Shown here in pieces: positions 27,946-37,235 of a DNA stretch of 46,218 bases (position 1 is the first letter of the stretch; every line of letters starts with the position of its first letter). The notes beneath the pieces are model-generated. The model saw only the letters and a list, made by a program, of their open reading frames with translations, was not told the DNA's origin and made no database searches. The DNA comes from a candidate division WOR-3 bacterium (lineage in GTDB: Bacteria > Hydrothermota > Hydrothermia > JBDRYB01): NCBI GenBank assembly GCA_049969615.1, contig JBMFOM010000003.1, positions 1 through 46,218 of the forward strand. Reading direction: 5' to 3'. The translations under genes were made by a program, and so were the position numbers.

Positions 27946-30425
27946 GTGAACAAGTCTATGAGATCACTAGTAAGCCTGATGGTGTGTGTGTGGCCCTGGT
28001 CCTCACCACTCCTAGCCTCATGGCCCAGGATACCCTGCTAGTCCGCGTGTCGCTCAGATCTTCCGATTTCCGGTCTGACACCCTGAATGGTTATGATTTC
28101 ATTAGTTCCCAAGATAATCGGGTGGCCTACACCTCGGAGAAGGGAAAGCCAATGCTCCCGGTCTTTGTTCCCACATACATTATTCCCTACTGGAAAACGG
28201 TCAGCTATTGTGAGGTCATTTCAAAGGACTCCGTTCTGATCCCCGGTTTCTGGAAGATATACCCGGCCCAGAGCTCGGCGGACACATCCTGGGTTCCCCC
28301 GGACTCAGCCGTCTATTACTCGGATAGCCTTTATCCGGGAATCCCGACCGGAGCTATTGATTTAGGCTCTTTTGACGGTGCTGTCCTCGCGAGGCCAGAG
28401 GCCAATGTCTTTCAATACAGGCCTTTATCCGGGAAGCTCTTCCTTTACACGGACATGACCCTCAAGCTCGTGTTCAAGGACTCAGACCCGCCAATAAACG
28501 CCAAACAGAGATACGCCCACGTCCAGGCCATCTATGACGACATGCTCCGGGAGTTCGTTGAGAACGATGAGGCCATAGGGGCCTGGTATAGGAGGCCCGC
28601 GATAATAGACTTCGGGGGCAAAACAACACCCATCCCCGTTTTCGCGATTATAACCACGGCCAATCAAATGGACGAGGCCGCGCAATACGCGGACTGGACG
28701 GACAGAAGAGGCTACCCAACCATTGTCGTTGATGTGGCCACGATCCTCTCTAGCACGCCTGGAAGAAATAACGCCGAGAAGGTCTTCAACTGGATAAAGG
28801 ATCACTACCAGCTGGGGCTTTCGTTCGTGCTCTTTCTTGGACACGAAAGCGAAATACCTTACAGGTATCTGTATTGTAATAACCTTGCCAAAAAACCTGA
28901 CCCCCCTTATCCCCCGACCTTTATCCCTTCCGATCTTTATTTCTCAAGCGTCTCACGCGCGGTTTCTCCAGGGTGCGCGTTCAAGCCTCTTTGGGACTGT
29001 GATGAAGACCAGGTCTATGGCGAACCAGGGCCACAGAATGGACTTCCTCCTGGCGATGCCGGTTCCTGGGATCACTATCCTGAGGTCTTCGTGGGTAGGG
29101 TATTAGCCTATACCGACCCTATTGATAACGATCCCAACGAGGCCAAGAACTGGCTTACCAAAACCCTGAAATATGAGAAGGATCCGGGAAACAAGGGGTT
29201 CCTTACTGGGGTAAAGTTTGTATCCGACGTGTATCCGTGTCCTTCATGCGAGGATATAAAAGGCCATTATTCCAGCAGATACTACTTCAGCGACCTCTAC
29301 TACAAGCCCGCGTGGGAGGTTATGGATACGCTGAGCACGAAACCCTGTGGATGGGTCAATATTTACACCCATGGAGAACCTACCATCTTTTGGACCAAAA
29401 CCGCTGCTCCTCGCGATAGCATTCTGAGCGTTCCCGATGAGGCGGGGCCTCCGAACCTATCTGAGGACCTCATGAATCAGGATAAGTATTTCCTGGTTTA
29501 TGACATAGCTTGCTGGCAAGAGGCCTTTGAGAACGAGGACTCTCTGGACTGGACTCTCTATCCTCCATATAGACTCTCGGATACAACGGTCTCAGAAGCT
29601 TTCGTTGAGGCAAATTCACTGAAGGGGGCAATAGCGTTCTTGGGGAATACAAGGCCGGGGGTTTTCGGTGCCTATGGAGGTAGTTTCGATCTTCATCGGG
29701 CTTTCCTTGACTACATTTTCGGCCCCTTGGCTCTGTCTAACAGGTTTCTTTTGGGAGTCCCTGAGGCTTACTCAAGGGCTCAAGCAAATATTATGCTCTT
29801 TGTCGCCAGAGAACACAACCTCTTGGGCAGTCCCCTCATAGACATCTGGGACACGATTAACCCAAGAATTATCTACATCCAACATCCTAATCCCATATCC
29901 AGCGGGCCACAGAACTTCACCGTGAGGGCTCTCACAAGTTTGAAGCCCGTTATCCCGCTCGGAGGCGCGATGGTTTGCCTGAAAGGTTGTAATGTCTATA
30001 ACTGTGATATGACCAATGTGAACGGCTATGCCTATTTCTACATAAACCCGCAGGGGCCGGGGATCATTACCGTCACCACAACCAAGCACAACCACAAACC
30101 CAGAGAGTCCGACTGCCAGGTGCTCGGCAAGGGTTCACTGGCCACATCTGAAGTTGGTGATATGCCAGTAGAACTTTCTCTCAAGGCCTACCGCTCCAGA
30201 GGCCAGGTGAGGATCGCCTATACAATTCCATTTGAAGATGAGGGCCGTGTTTCCTTAAAAGTATACGATGTGACCGGACGCGAGACCGATAATCTCGTTG
30301 ACGCCGAAACACAGAGCGGCTGGTATGAGCAAGTTTGGGAACCTCCGGCCTCGGGGACATATATCCTGGTTCTGAGAACCTGGGCCAAAGTCCTGACTTG
30401 TAGGGTTGTATCCATAGGGAGGTGA
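27946..30425 (+). CDS. Gingipain-like C25 cysteine peptidase with propeptide and T9SS-like CTD; frameshifted in signal peptide at a (GT)n tract
   Basis: GKPMLPV propeptide, PSDLYF, PEVFVGR, catalytic THG and IAC, GAIAFLGNTR, NLLG; CTD YDVTGR..SGTYIL. RBS-linked GTG at 27946 is out of frame with the body (27984-30425). Confidence 0.85.
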
Positions 30426-30431
30426 TGGAAG

Positions 30432-31181
30432 ATGATCTTGTTAAGCCTAGCGCTTTTTACTCAATCCCATGGAGATACTCTGAGATGGTACGATATAAAG
30501 ACAGCTGGGTGGAACGCAATGGGCATAAATAGTGGCGGAGGCTATATGAAGTGGGGTATAATCTGGCCCGTTGACTCAAACCTGGACGGAAGAATCGTCC
30601 ACAGCGGAAGGAGTTATATCTGGGAACCAACGCCGATGCCTGCTCCTGGCACCATGAAGCTTTGCTTGGGAACCACGGATAGCCCCACGGTTGTTTTGGA
30701 CTCTGGCAGTTTTTATTCCACCGGTCAAGGGTTCTATGAGGTTTTCTTCGGAGATACTATAGCTCTTCATGAAGGGGATCTCATCTGGCTCTGGTGCAAT
30801 CAATTGTTTGGGTCTGGTCAGTTTGTCGCAGGTATTGATTCCGGCCCAGCTGTTCGGGGTTATGGAGACCTGTTCAAGATGGGTAATGTCTGGATGGAGC
30901 TCTATGAGTATGGCCTCAACTACAACTGGGTCATGGAGCTCATCCTGACACCTACGGATGTGGAGGAGGGGCCGGCTAAACCGGAGGAAAAGTTTGCCCT
31001 GATCCCCGTGCCCGGAGGGTTCTGGATAGCCGGCTACTCAGGCTCAGCCCAGATCTACGATCCTGCCGGACGTCTCGTCCTGAGCAAGGAAATAAAGGGC
31101 AAGACCCTGATAGGGCCGCTGAGACGGGGGATTTATTTCGTGGTGGCCGGAAAAAGAAGGGCAAGGGTCGCTGTCCGCTAG
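30432..31181 (+). CDS. Secreted protein with T9SS-like C-terminal domain
   Basis: Signal peptide; DVEE linker, then IYDPAGRLV...LRRGIYFV; GGAGG RBS. Confidence 0.7.
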   Translation: MILLSLALFTQSHGDTLRWYDIKTAGWNAMGINSGGGYMKWGIIWPVDSNLDGRIVHSGRSYIWEPTPMPAPGTMKLCLGTTDSPTVVLDSGSFYSTGQGFYEVFFGDTIALHEGDLIWLWCNQLFGSGQFVAGIDSGPAVRGYGDLFKMGNVWMELYEYGLNYNWVMELILTPTDVEEGPAKPEEKFALIPVPGGFWIAGYSGSAQIYDPAGRLVLSKEIKGKTLIGPLRRGIYFVVAGKRRARVAVR

Positions 31182-31187
31182 GAACAA

Positions 31188-31709
31188 TTAACGAATCGCC
31201 CCTATTCCCAGGCCGAAGAACGCGAAACCCATCACCCTCTCGTTGCCAAGGGGGCCTTTCACAGGGAAAACAGAGCACGAGAGCTTGAGCTCGCCGAAGC
31301 CATTGCCCCAGAACCTACGGCTCAGGAAAAGTTCACCGCCCAGGCCGCCGTAGTGAGGGGCCTCTATAGCGCCGCCAAGCTCCTCTATGACCAGTCCGAG
31401 GCCGCCGATGGAGAAGAGGCCGCCCCAGTATTTTCCCTTTCCCCTGTAAAAGACCGGACCCGCGCCGAGGCTGAACTGTTCAAGTTCAACAGTCATCCCC
31501 GCAACATTTATCCTCGTGCGCATGTAGCCAGGAGACACGCGCCAGCCCCAGGCCTGACCCTGTCTCCACTCAAGAACTCCGGAGCCGGAGAACGCTGTAA
31601 TGAAAGCCGGGAGATCGTTTTCTCTGGCGGCCTCAAGAAAGCCTGTGTAGGTCTCGTGGATGCCTATGCCCGCTCCAAAACTGGACACCAAAAGGATTAT
31701 GGTCACCAT
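31188..31709 (-). CDS. Hypothetical protein, probable small outer-membrane beta-barrel
   Basis: Signal-like N-terminus; amphipathic Gly/aromatic strands. Confidence 0.5.
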   Translation of the reverse strand: MVTIILLVSSFGAGIGIHETYTGFLEAARENDLPAFITAFSGSGVLEWRQGQAWGWRVSPGYMRTRINVAGMTVELEQFSLGAGPVFYRGKGKYWGGLFSIGGLGLVIEELGGAIEAPHYGGLGGELFLSRRFWGNGFGELKLSCSVFPVKGPLGNERVMGFAFFGLGIGAIR

Positions 31710-32755
31710 AGTTTCACCTCCAGTTTGCCCTCAACCACGAATCCATCCGAAAGATTGAGCCTGCCACCGAGGAGGGTTGCGCTCATGGCTCCAACAGAGA
31801 TGGCCGTACCGCCCAGCGCTCCATATTTCCACTGGCCGGAAGAATAATAGGTGGCTTGAGGCCTCACGATGAGAGAAGCTGGGCCTGCTTTAATTTCAAA
31901 GGTGAGGCCATCCTGAACGGCCAGCACGCTCAGCGAATCATCCGTGTATATCGCGGTCTGAAGGTAATCTCCTAATGCGATAAGACCTAGATCATGAGAT
32001 AGGGCCGAGGAGAGGAAAGCAAAGTATCTCGTCGTGTCTCCTCCAACCCCAAGGCCAATCCTCCCGGCCGCGGTCAGGCTTGTCCCGCAGGAGGATTCCC
32101 AACGCCCATCCGCCCCCATCCCCAAAAGCCCTTTCGCGACCGCAGTGTTGCTCAGCGTTAGGTATGAGAGACGAACCGAACTTGCCTGCGAAGCAAAAAG
32201 AACATCAAGCCCCACGGGCAGGAGGACATCCCCCCCAACGGATTCCGCATATCCCGCTATCAGGGTGGTTGAGAGGTATCCGTTCCCGGCCGGAAAAACC
32301 AGGTTGAGTTCGGGCAGGACTGTTCTGGTGTCAAGGGCCCAGTTGCGCCAAGAACCGAGGGTTCTTTGCCTGTAAGAGAAATCCGAATAAGAAAATCCGA
32401 GGCCCAGCGCCCACGGCCCCGCGTCACGAAACACGCGAGCGCGCCCGTGGATTAGCCTGTCCGAGGTTAGGGTATCTCCCTGTAAGGCAAAAAGCCCCTC
32501 TCCGGCCGCGGCCCACTTGTCGCTACCAAAGCTGAAGGAGGCCGCTACGGGACTCGCGTCCCTGTGAAGGTTCCTGACCGAAAAAAGGGCAGGATGCTCA
32601 AAATCATAGAGCCTTGAGAGGGGATATTGGTTGAGGAGCGCGGCCAGGCATCCTGTGGAGGAGAAATCACCCTCCTTTATGTGTGAGAACCCGAGGCCGA
32701 AACAAACCCCTTCCTGGATGGGAAGCATCACGCCAAAGATTGCGAATACAAGCAT
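31703..32755 (-). CDS. Hypothetical outer-membrane beta-barrel-like protein
   Basis: Alternating beta strands, terminal aromatic residue (VKLW); promoter TTGATC-17-TTAAAT at 32791-32763. Confidence 0.55.
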   Translation of the reverse strand: MLVFAIFGVMLPIQEGVCFGLGFSHIKEGDFSSTGCLAALLNQYPLSRLYDFEHPALFSVRNLHRDASPVAASFSFGSDKWAAAGEGLFALQGDTLTSDRLIHGRARVFRDAGPWALGLGFSYSDFSYRQRTLGSWRNWALDTRTVLPELNLVFPAGNGYLSTTLIAGYAESVGGDVLLPVGLDVLFASQASSVRLSYLTLSNTAVAKGLLGMGADGRWESSCGTSLTAAGRIGLGVGGDTTRYFAFLSSALSHDLGLIALGDYLQTAIYTDDSLSVLAVQDGLTFEIKAGPASLIVRPQATYYSSGQWKYGALGGTAISVGAMSATLLGGRLNLSDGFVVEGKLEVKLW

Positions 32756-32866
32756 ACGAATAATTTAACACAGGCGCAAGGCCAGGATCAACACCGTGGT
32801 TCGCGCTCTCTCCGGGGATTTTGTAGTTGACACAGGCCGAGCATTTTGATTATCATTAGGGTCGCG

Positions 32867-34384
32867 ATGAAAAGGTATATTCTTCCTCTCGTTTTTGTGG
32901 TGGGCCTTTCGGCCCAGGAACCAATTTTCCGTGAAGAGGCCAAGGTTGAAGCCCTCTTCAACGCTGAGGTCTTCATGAGTGGCGTCTACATCCAGGGAGC
33001 GATGGAAGACCTGACCGGCACAGCCACCCAGTCCGAGGGCGACATGTATAACGCGGGCAGGGTCCGGCTCTCCAGCTACATAACCCTGAACAACCAGTTC
33101 ACCCTGGGAATGGGCGCGCTCTATCACGGCATTCTATCGGGCGAACCCTTAAAAAACTCAATAATCCTATCCGAGGGATTTGTCCAGGCGGACACCTTCG
33201 TCTTGCCGATGGGAATGCTCGGTGTCCTCCGGGTGGGCCGCCAGATCTTCAACTACGGTGAGGGTATCCTCATATCAGACTACTACGGTATCGGGCAGAA
33301 TGGAATAAAGATGACCTTCATCCCAAGCCCTGAGTGGGATTACTGGTTTGACATAGTTTATGTGGATCTGTCCGAGGGCGGCTCTTTCCAGAAAGACACA
33401 TTCTACATGCCGGTTGAGCTGACCACGGATACAACACAGACGTATGAGTATATCTACACCAAATACCAGCTTGACATGCTCGGAATAGTGGGCGGCAAGG
33501 CCAAGGCCGAATCCAATTACGCTTTTAACCTATATTTCCTGGCTGATATGGAGGACAGGGGACTCACTGGGGGCTGGCGGCCCATGTGGGCTGGTGGCTA
33601 CCTTGAGGTCGGACCACTGGGCGGATTCGTCATGGCCGGGGAGGTCGGTTGGCTCTTCGGCGAATGGGACGCACAGCGGTTCGTCTATTACGACTTCTCT
33701 GACCAGCTCTATAACCTGCTTGAGAGGTATCACATCCAGGACCCCATCACGGGTTACAAGTTCTCCGCATCCGCGTTTGATGTCAGGGCATATTACCAGA
33801 CATCTGATATGTTCACCTTAGGCGTCTCTTATCACTCGTTCTCAGGGGACAACGGCGCGACAGGCGATATTTACGAGGGCTGGTTCCCGCCATCCCTGAG
33901 AAGCACATCATCGCCTAATACCGAGTGGATACACTGGGCCGGCTTTGGCGAGGTCATGACCTGGAGCTTCAGGCCCGATATGTGGAGGACACCCTTCTTC
34001 TTCAATCCGACCGACATGTCTGTTGTCAACGGTAATATAATATTCAACGCCTTCCCGGTCAAATACTCCCTGGTCATGAGGCTAGACTTCTACGCCTACC
34101 TGGAGCAGTGGACGCCTGCAGGCATGGGCAACTACATAGGCTCGGAGATAGATATATCCCTGAAGGGCAGTTATGCTGACCTCGCGGATGTGGGCTTCAC
34201 CTTCGGCTACTTCATGCCTGGCGAGAGGCTCACTCCTGGTGCCCCTGGTTCTGGCGCGGGCTGGACCAGGCCAACGCCTTTGAATGTTTATCTGATGACC
34301 GGAGGCCCTAGTTCCCAACAGTTGACCCTTGATGGCAATGCTTTTACCGCTCGCCTTTGGGTCTATAGGAAGATAGGGATGTAG
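32867..34384 (+). CDS. Outer-membrane beta-barrel, alginate-export-like
   Basis: Signal MKRYILPLVFVVGLSA; LRVGRQIFNYGEG, SFSGD, IGSEIDI, YFMPG motifs. Confidence 0.6.
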   Translation: MKRYILPLVFVVGLSAQEPIFREEAKVEALFNAEVFMSGVYIQGAMEDLTGTATQSEGDMYNAGRVRLSSYITLNNQFTLGMGALYHGILSGEPLKNSIILSEGFVQADTFVLPMGMLGVLRVGRQIFNYGEGILISDYYGIGQNGIKMTFIPSPEWDYWFDIVYVDLSEGGSFQKDTFYMPVELTTDTTQTYEYIYTKYQLDMLGIVGGKAKAESNYAFNLYFLADMEDRGLTGGWRPMWAGGYLEVGPLGGFVMAGEVGWLFGEWDAQRFVYYDFSDQLYNLLERYHIQDPITGYKFSASAFDVRAYYQTSDMFTLGVSYHSFSGDNGATGDIYEGWFPPSLRSTSSPNTEWIHWAGFGEVMTWSFRPDMWRTPFFFNPTDMSVVNGNIIFNAFPVKYSLVMRLDFYAYLEQWTPAGMGNYIGSEIDISLKGSYADLADVGFTFGYFMPGERLTPGAPGSGAGWTRPTPLNVYLMTGGPSSQQLTLDGNAFTARLWVYRKIGM

Positions 34385-34526
34385 GGAACCCTTCTCGCAC
34401 GCGCTTTCGGTCATTATATCTGAGGGTCTTTATCCTATGATTACCCTTGATTTTACGAGGGTTTCTGGGGATAGCCCCCAAAAATGGATGTCAAGCTTGT
34501 TGGTGGCCGGAAAAACATCGGGTAAA

Positions 34527-35006
34527 TTACTTGGAAAGGGATTCGCGGCGGTGGAAAACCCCCTCCTCTTCGTGGCAAGAGAGGCAGTTTCCACCCTTGC
34601 CCTGCAAGTAGAGCCTGTGGTCTGTTCTGGCCTGTGGTGTCATTGATGGGGAAAGGATGTCTCGGTGGCAGGCCCTACAGCCTTCATCCCTTATAGTGAT
34701 CATGGCCCGGGCCTTTCGTTCCTCCAATGGCGAAAAATGGCGCGTCGTGTGCCTGAAAAGGTTTATTCCAGCCTCAATTAGGCTGTATTTGTGGCAATCC
34801 GTGCACCGCGGGACAATTCCCTCTGCCTGGTGTCCGTGAACCGAGGATCTGAAGGACTCAGCTGGCTCGCGCATCTCATGGCAGGACAAGCAAAGCCATT
34901 CCTCTGACCTGTGAAGGTATGCAAGGCCGGAGAAAAGCGCGGCGCCCAGAACGAGTCCAAGTCCTATGTAGGGTAGACCTCTCAGGATCTTTTCGCTCTC
35001 TGCCAC
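34527..35006 (-). CDS. NapC/NirT-family tetraheme cytochrome c
   Basis: N-terminal TM; CLSCHEM, S.H, CTDCH, CRACH, CLSCH. Confidence 0.85.
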   Translation of the reverse strand: MAESEKILRGLPYIGLGLVLGAALFSGLAYLHRSEEWLCLSCHEMREPAESFRSSVHGHQAEGIVPRCTDCHKYSLIEAGINLFRHTTRHFSPLEERKARAMITIRDEGCRACHRDILSPSMTPQARTDHRLYLQGKGGNCLSCHEEEGVFHRRESLSK

Positions 35007-35710
35007 AGCTCCTCCATCTCAGGGAGGGTCATCCCCTCAATTGTCCGGCCCTCCTTTCTGGCTAGCTCCCGCATCCTCCTGAACCTGGAAAGAAAACGGA
35101 TGTCCGCGTCCCGTAGACAATCCTCCGGGGAATACCCAAGTTTTCTGGCCAGCATGGCTGCGGCAAAGATCAGGTCGCCGAGCTCGTGCGCAACATCGCT
35201 CTTGTTCTTTATCGCATCGCGCAGTTCATCCAGCTCCTCCCTTATCTTGTCCATGACGCCATCTGGACCCTCCCAGTCAAAACCAAGCCTGGAGGCCTTT
35301 CGTCCTATCTCATCAGCGAGCATAAGGGCTGGCTGGCGGGTGTTGACTCCATCAGGGAAATCACCGCCCTTGCTTTTTTCCCAACGGGAAAGAACCTCTC
35401 CAATCTCTGAGGAGGAATCGCTGAAAACATGGGGATGACGAGCGATTATCTTGTCCCTGGCTGACGAGAGTATGTCTTCAAGGGAAAAAAGCCCGCTCTC
35501 CTCAACTATGGCCGAAAGCATAAGGGTCACCAGTATCACATCGCCCAGCTCCTCAGAAATTCCGTGGCCCTGTTCTATTGCATCCTGGACCTCATAGGCC
35601 TCGGAAATAAGGGCAGATTTCAAGGAATCAAGGGTTTGTTGTCTGTCCCATGGACAGCCTCCAGGCTCCCTGAGCCTCCTCAGGAGGGCATATATCTCCG
35701 ATATTTCCAT
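34982..35710 (-). CDS. mazG: Nucleoside triphosphate pyrophosphohydrolase
   Basis: LREPGGCPWDRQQT, EAYEV, EELGD, RHPHVF, GFDW, ELGDLIF. Confidence 0.95.
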   Translation of the reverse strand: MEISEIYALLRRLREPGGCPWDRQQTLDSLKSALISEAYEVQDAIEQGHGISEELGDVILVTLMLSAIVEESGLFSLEDILSSARDKIIARHPHVFSDSSSEIGEVLSRWEKSKGGDFPDGVNTRQPALMLADEIGRKASRLGFDWEGPDGVMDKIREELDELRDAIKNKSDVAHELGDLIFAAAMLARKLGYSPEDCLRDADIRFLSRFRRMRELARKEGRTIEGMTLPEMEELWQRAKRS

Positions 35711-35714
35711 TACC

Positions 35715-37196
35715 TCAGAACAGAACGGCCTTGTCGCCTATGCTCTGGTCATTGAACTGGAGGCGCCAGAAATAGACCCCTGGCGAGAGCGCCGGGCCCA
35801 AAGGGACGTTGTTCTCACCCCGTTCAAACCGGGATTCATTGCTCAGAACGAGCCTTCCGCCGGCATCATAGACTGATACTCTGGCCAAGCCAGCACACGG
35901 CAGGTTGAAAAACAGGGTTTTGCCGCGGACCTGGCCGGAAAGCACGAGTGAGGGAAGTTCATCCTCGCTCACCTCAACCACATTAGTCCAGTATATGAAT
36001 GAGAGATCCGGTGTCGTGCTATACCAACTCGTGCAGTATGGCACCAGGACGAGGGTATCATAGTCCAGCGTGGGAACAGCCATGGACCCATAGCCGTTGG
36101 TGTTGACATTCATCTCGTATATGTCCGATGGATTGGATGAACCCCCCCTATAGCCTATGACCCTGACACCCCAGGTAGGGCCATCCTCGCCATCAAAATA
36201 GAAATAGAGGCTGTCGGCCGCTCCCCAGGAATCAAAGACCACGAAATCACAGCCGCCTGGTCCCCTTATCGGGAAACTACCCTCGTTGCCGCTCGCTGGA
36301 TATGAGTGATGGGTTCTCAGGACCATGACGCCGGGCCAAAGGTTCGCTTCAGACCAGTGCCAGTTGTCATATCTGCCCGAGACAAACCAACGCCAGACCG
36401 CATAGTCGGCGAGAGCGTTCTCCAGGCTGTCGCCGTAGTCCCTGCGCAGGACAGCGTCTATGTCATCCTTTGTGTGATTCCCCCAATGAAGGCCGGCTGT
36501 ATCCCAGATGGCCCTTATCAGATCCGTATCGTTCTCCCAGAACATCAGGAACAGGGGCCAGACCACGCCAGCATACCAGTATTCGGGTGAACCAGCATTG
36601 CTGGTTATCTCATAGTTGGGCCTCTTCAAGGGGCCGGTGCCCGAGAGATAACCTATATACTGGTTGTCAGCGGGATAAACCATCTCCTCGGCCCAGACAG
36701 CGCAGTTTTCCATGAACCAGGTGCCATCGTTCCCCGTGTAGGAGAATTCAACCGCGTGCATGAACTCGTGAGAAACAGTGGCATACACATAGCCACCAAG
36801 GTATCTGTCAACCGCTATGTGGGAGTAAGCATCCTCCTGGTTGGGATCAGGGCCACTGCCCTCGGGCTGGGTATAGCCCAGGACGCCGCCGGTAAGCTCT
36901 ATTATGTATATGTCATAGCGATTGTCCCCGCCAGCGCCGTTATCCGGAGGGGGTTCATCGTAGCCCATTGAGTCCACCAGGACCTCCCAGGAATACTCAG
37001 CTATCTCGGCTATCTGCCTCGCGTATTCAATGGTGACCGCCTGGGAGCCAGTCGTGTCGTAGTGAATACGGAAGTGGGTGGTATCATAGGTTGTCTGGTT
37101 GACGGGCCTCGGCAGTTTTATGCCGTGCTCCATGATATAAGGGGTCCCGCAGAGCCACTCTCCAAAGAGAAACATCCCTATGCTCAGGTATAGCAT
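35715..37196 (-). CDS. Secreted zinc metallopeptidase (MXAN_6640-like) with T9SS-like CTD
   Basis: CGT propeptide, HFRIHY, SHEFMHA, WFMENCA; CTD VYDAGGRLV..PGVYFW. Confidence 0.8.
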   Translation of the reverse strand: MLYLSIGMFLFGEWLCGTPYIMEHGIKLPRPVNQTTYDTTHFRIHYDTTGSQAVTIEYARQIAEIAEYSWEVLVDSMGYDEPPPDNGAGGDNRYDIYIIELTGGVLGYTQPEGSGPDPNQEDAYSHIAVDRYLGGYVYATVSHEFMHAVEFSYTGNDGTWFMENCAVWAEEMVYPADNQYIGYLSGTGPLKRPNYEITSNAGSPEYWYAGVVWPLFLMFWENDTDLIRAIWDTAGLHWGNHTKDDIDAVLRRDYGDSLENALADYAVWRWFVSGRYDNWHWSEANLWPGVMVLRTHHSYPASGNEGSFPIRGPGGCDFVVFDSWGAADSLYFYFDGEDGPTWGVRVIGYRGGSSNPSDIYEMNVNTNGYGSMAVPTLDYDTLVLVPYCTSWYSTTPDLSFIYWTNVVEVSEDELPSLVLSGQVRGKTLFFNLPCAGLARVSVYDAGGRLVLSNESRFERGENNVPLGPALSPGVYFWRLQFNDQSIGDKAVLF

Positions 37197-37235
37197 CTCA
37201 AACTCCTTTCAGCGAGAGCTGTTTTTATCTTTATC

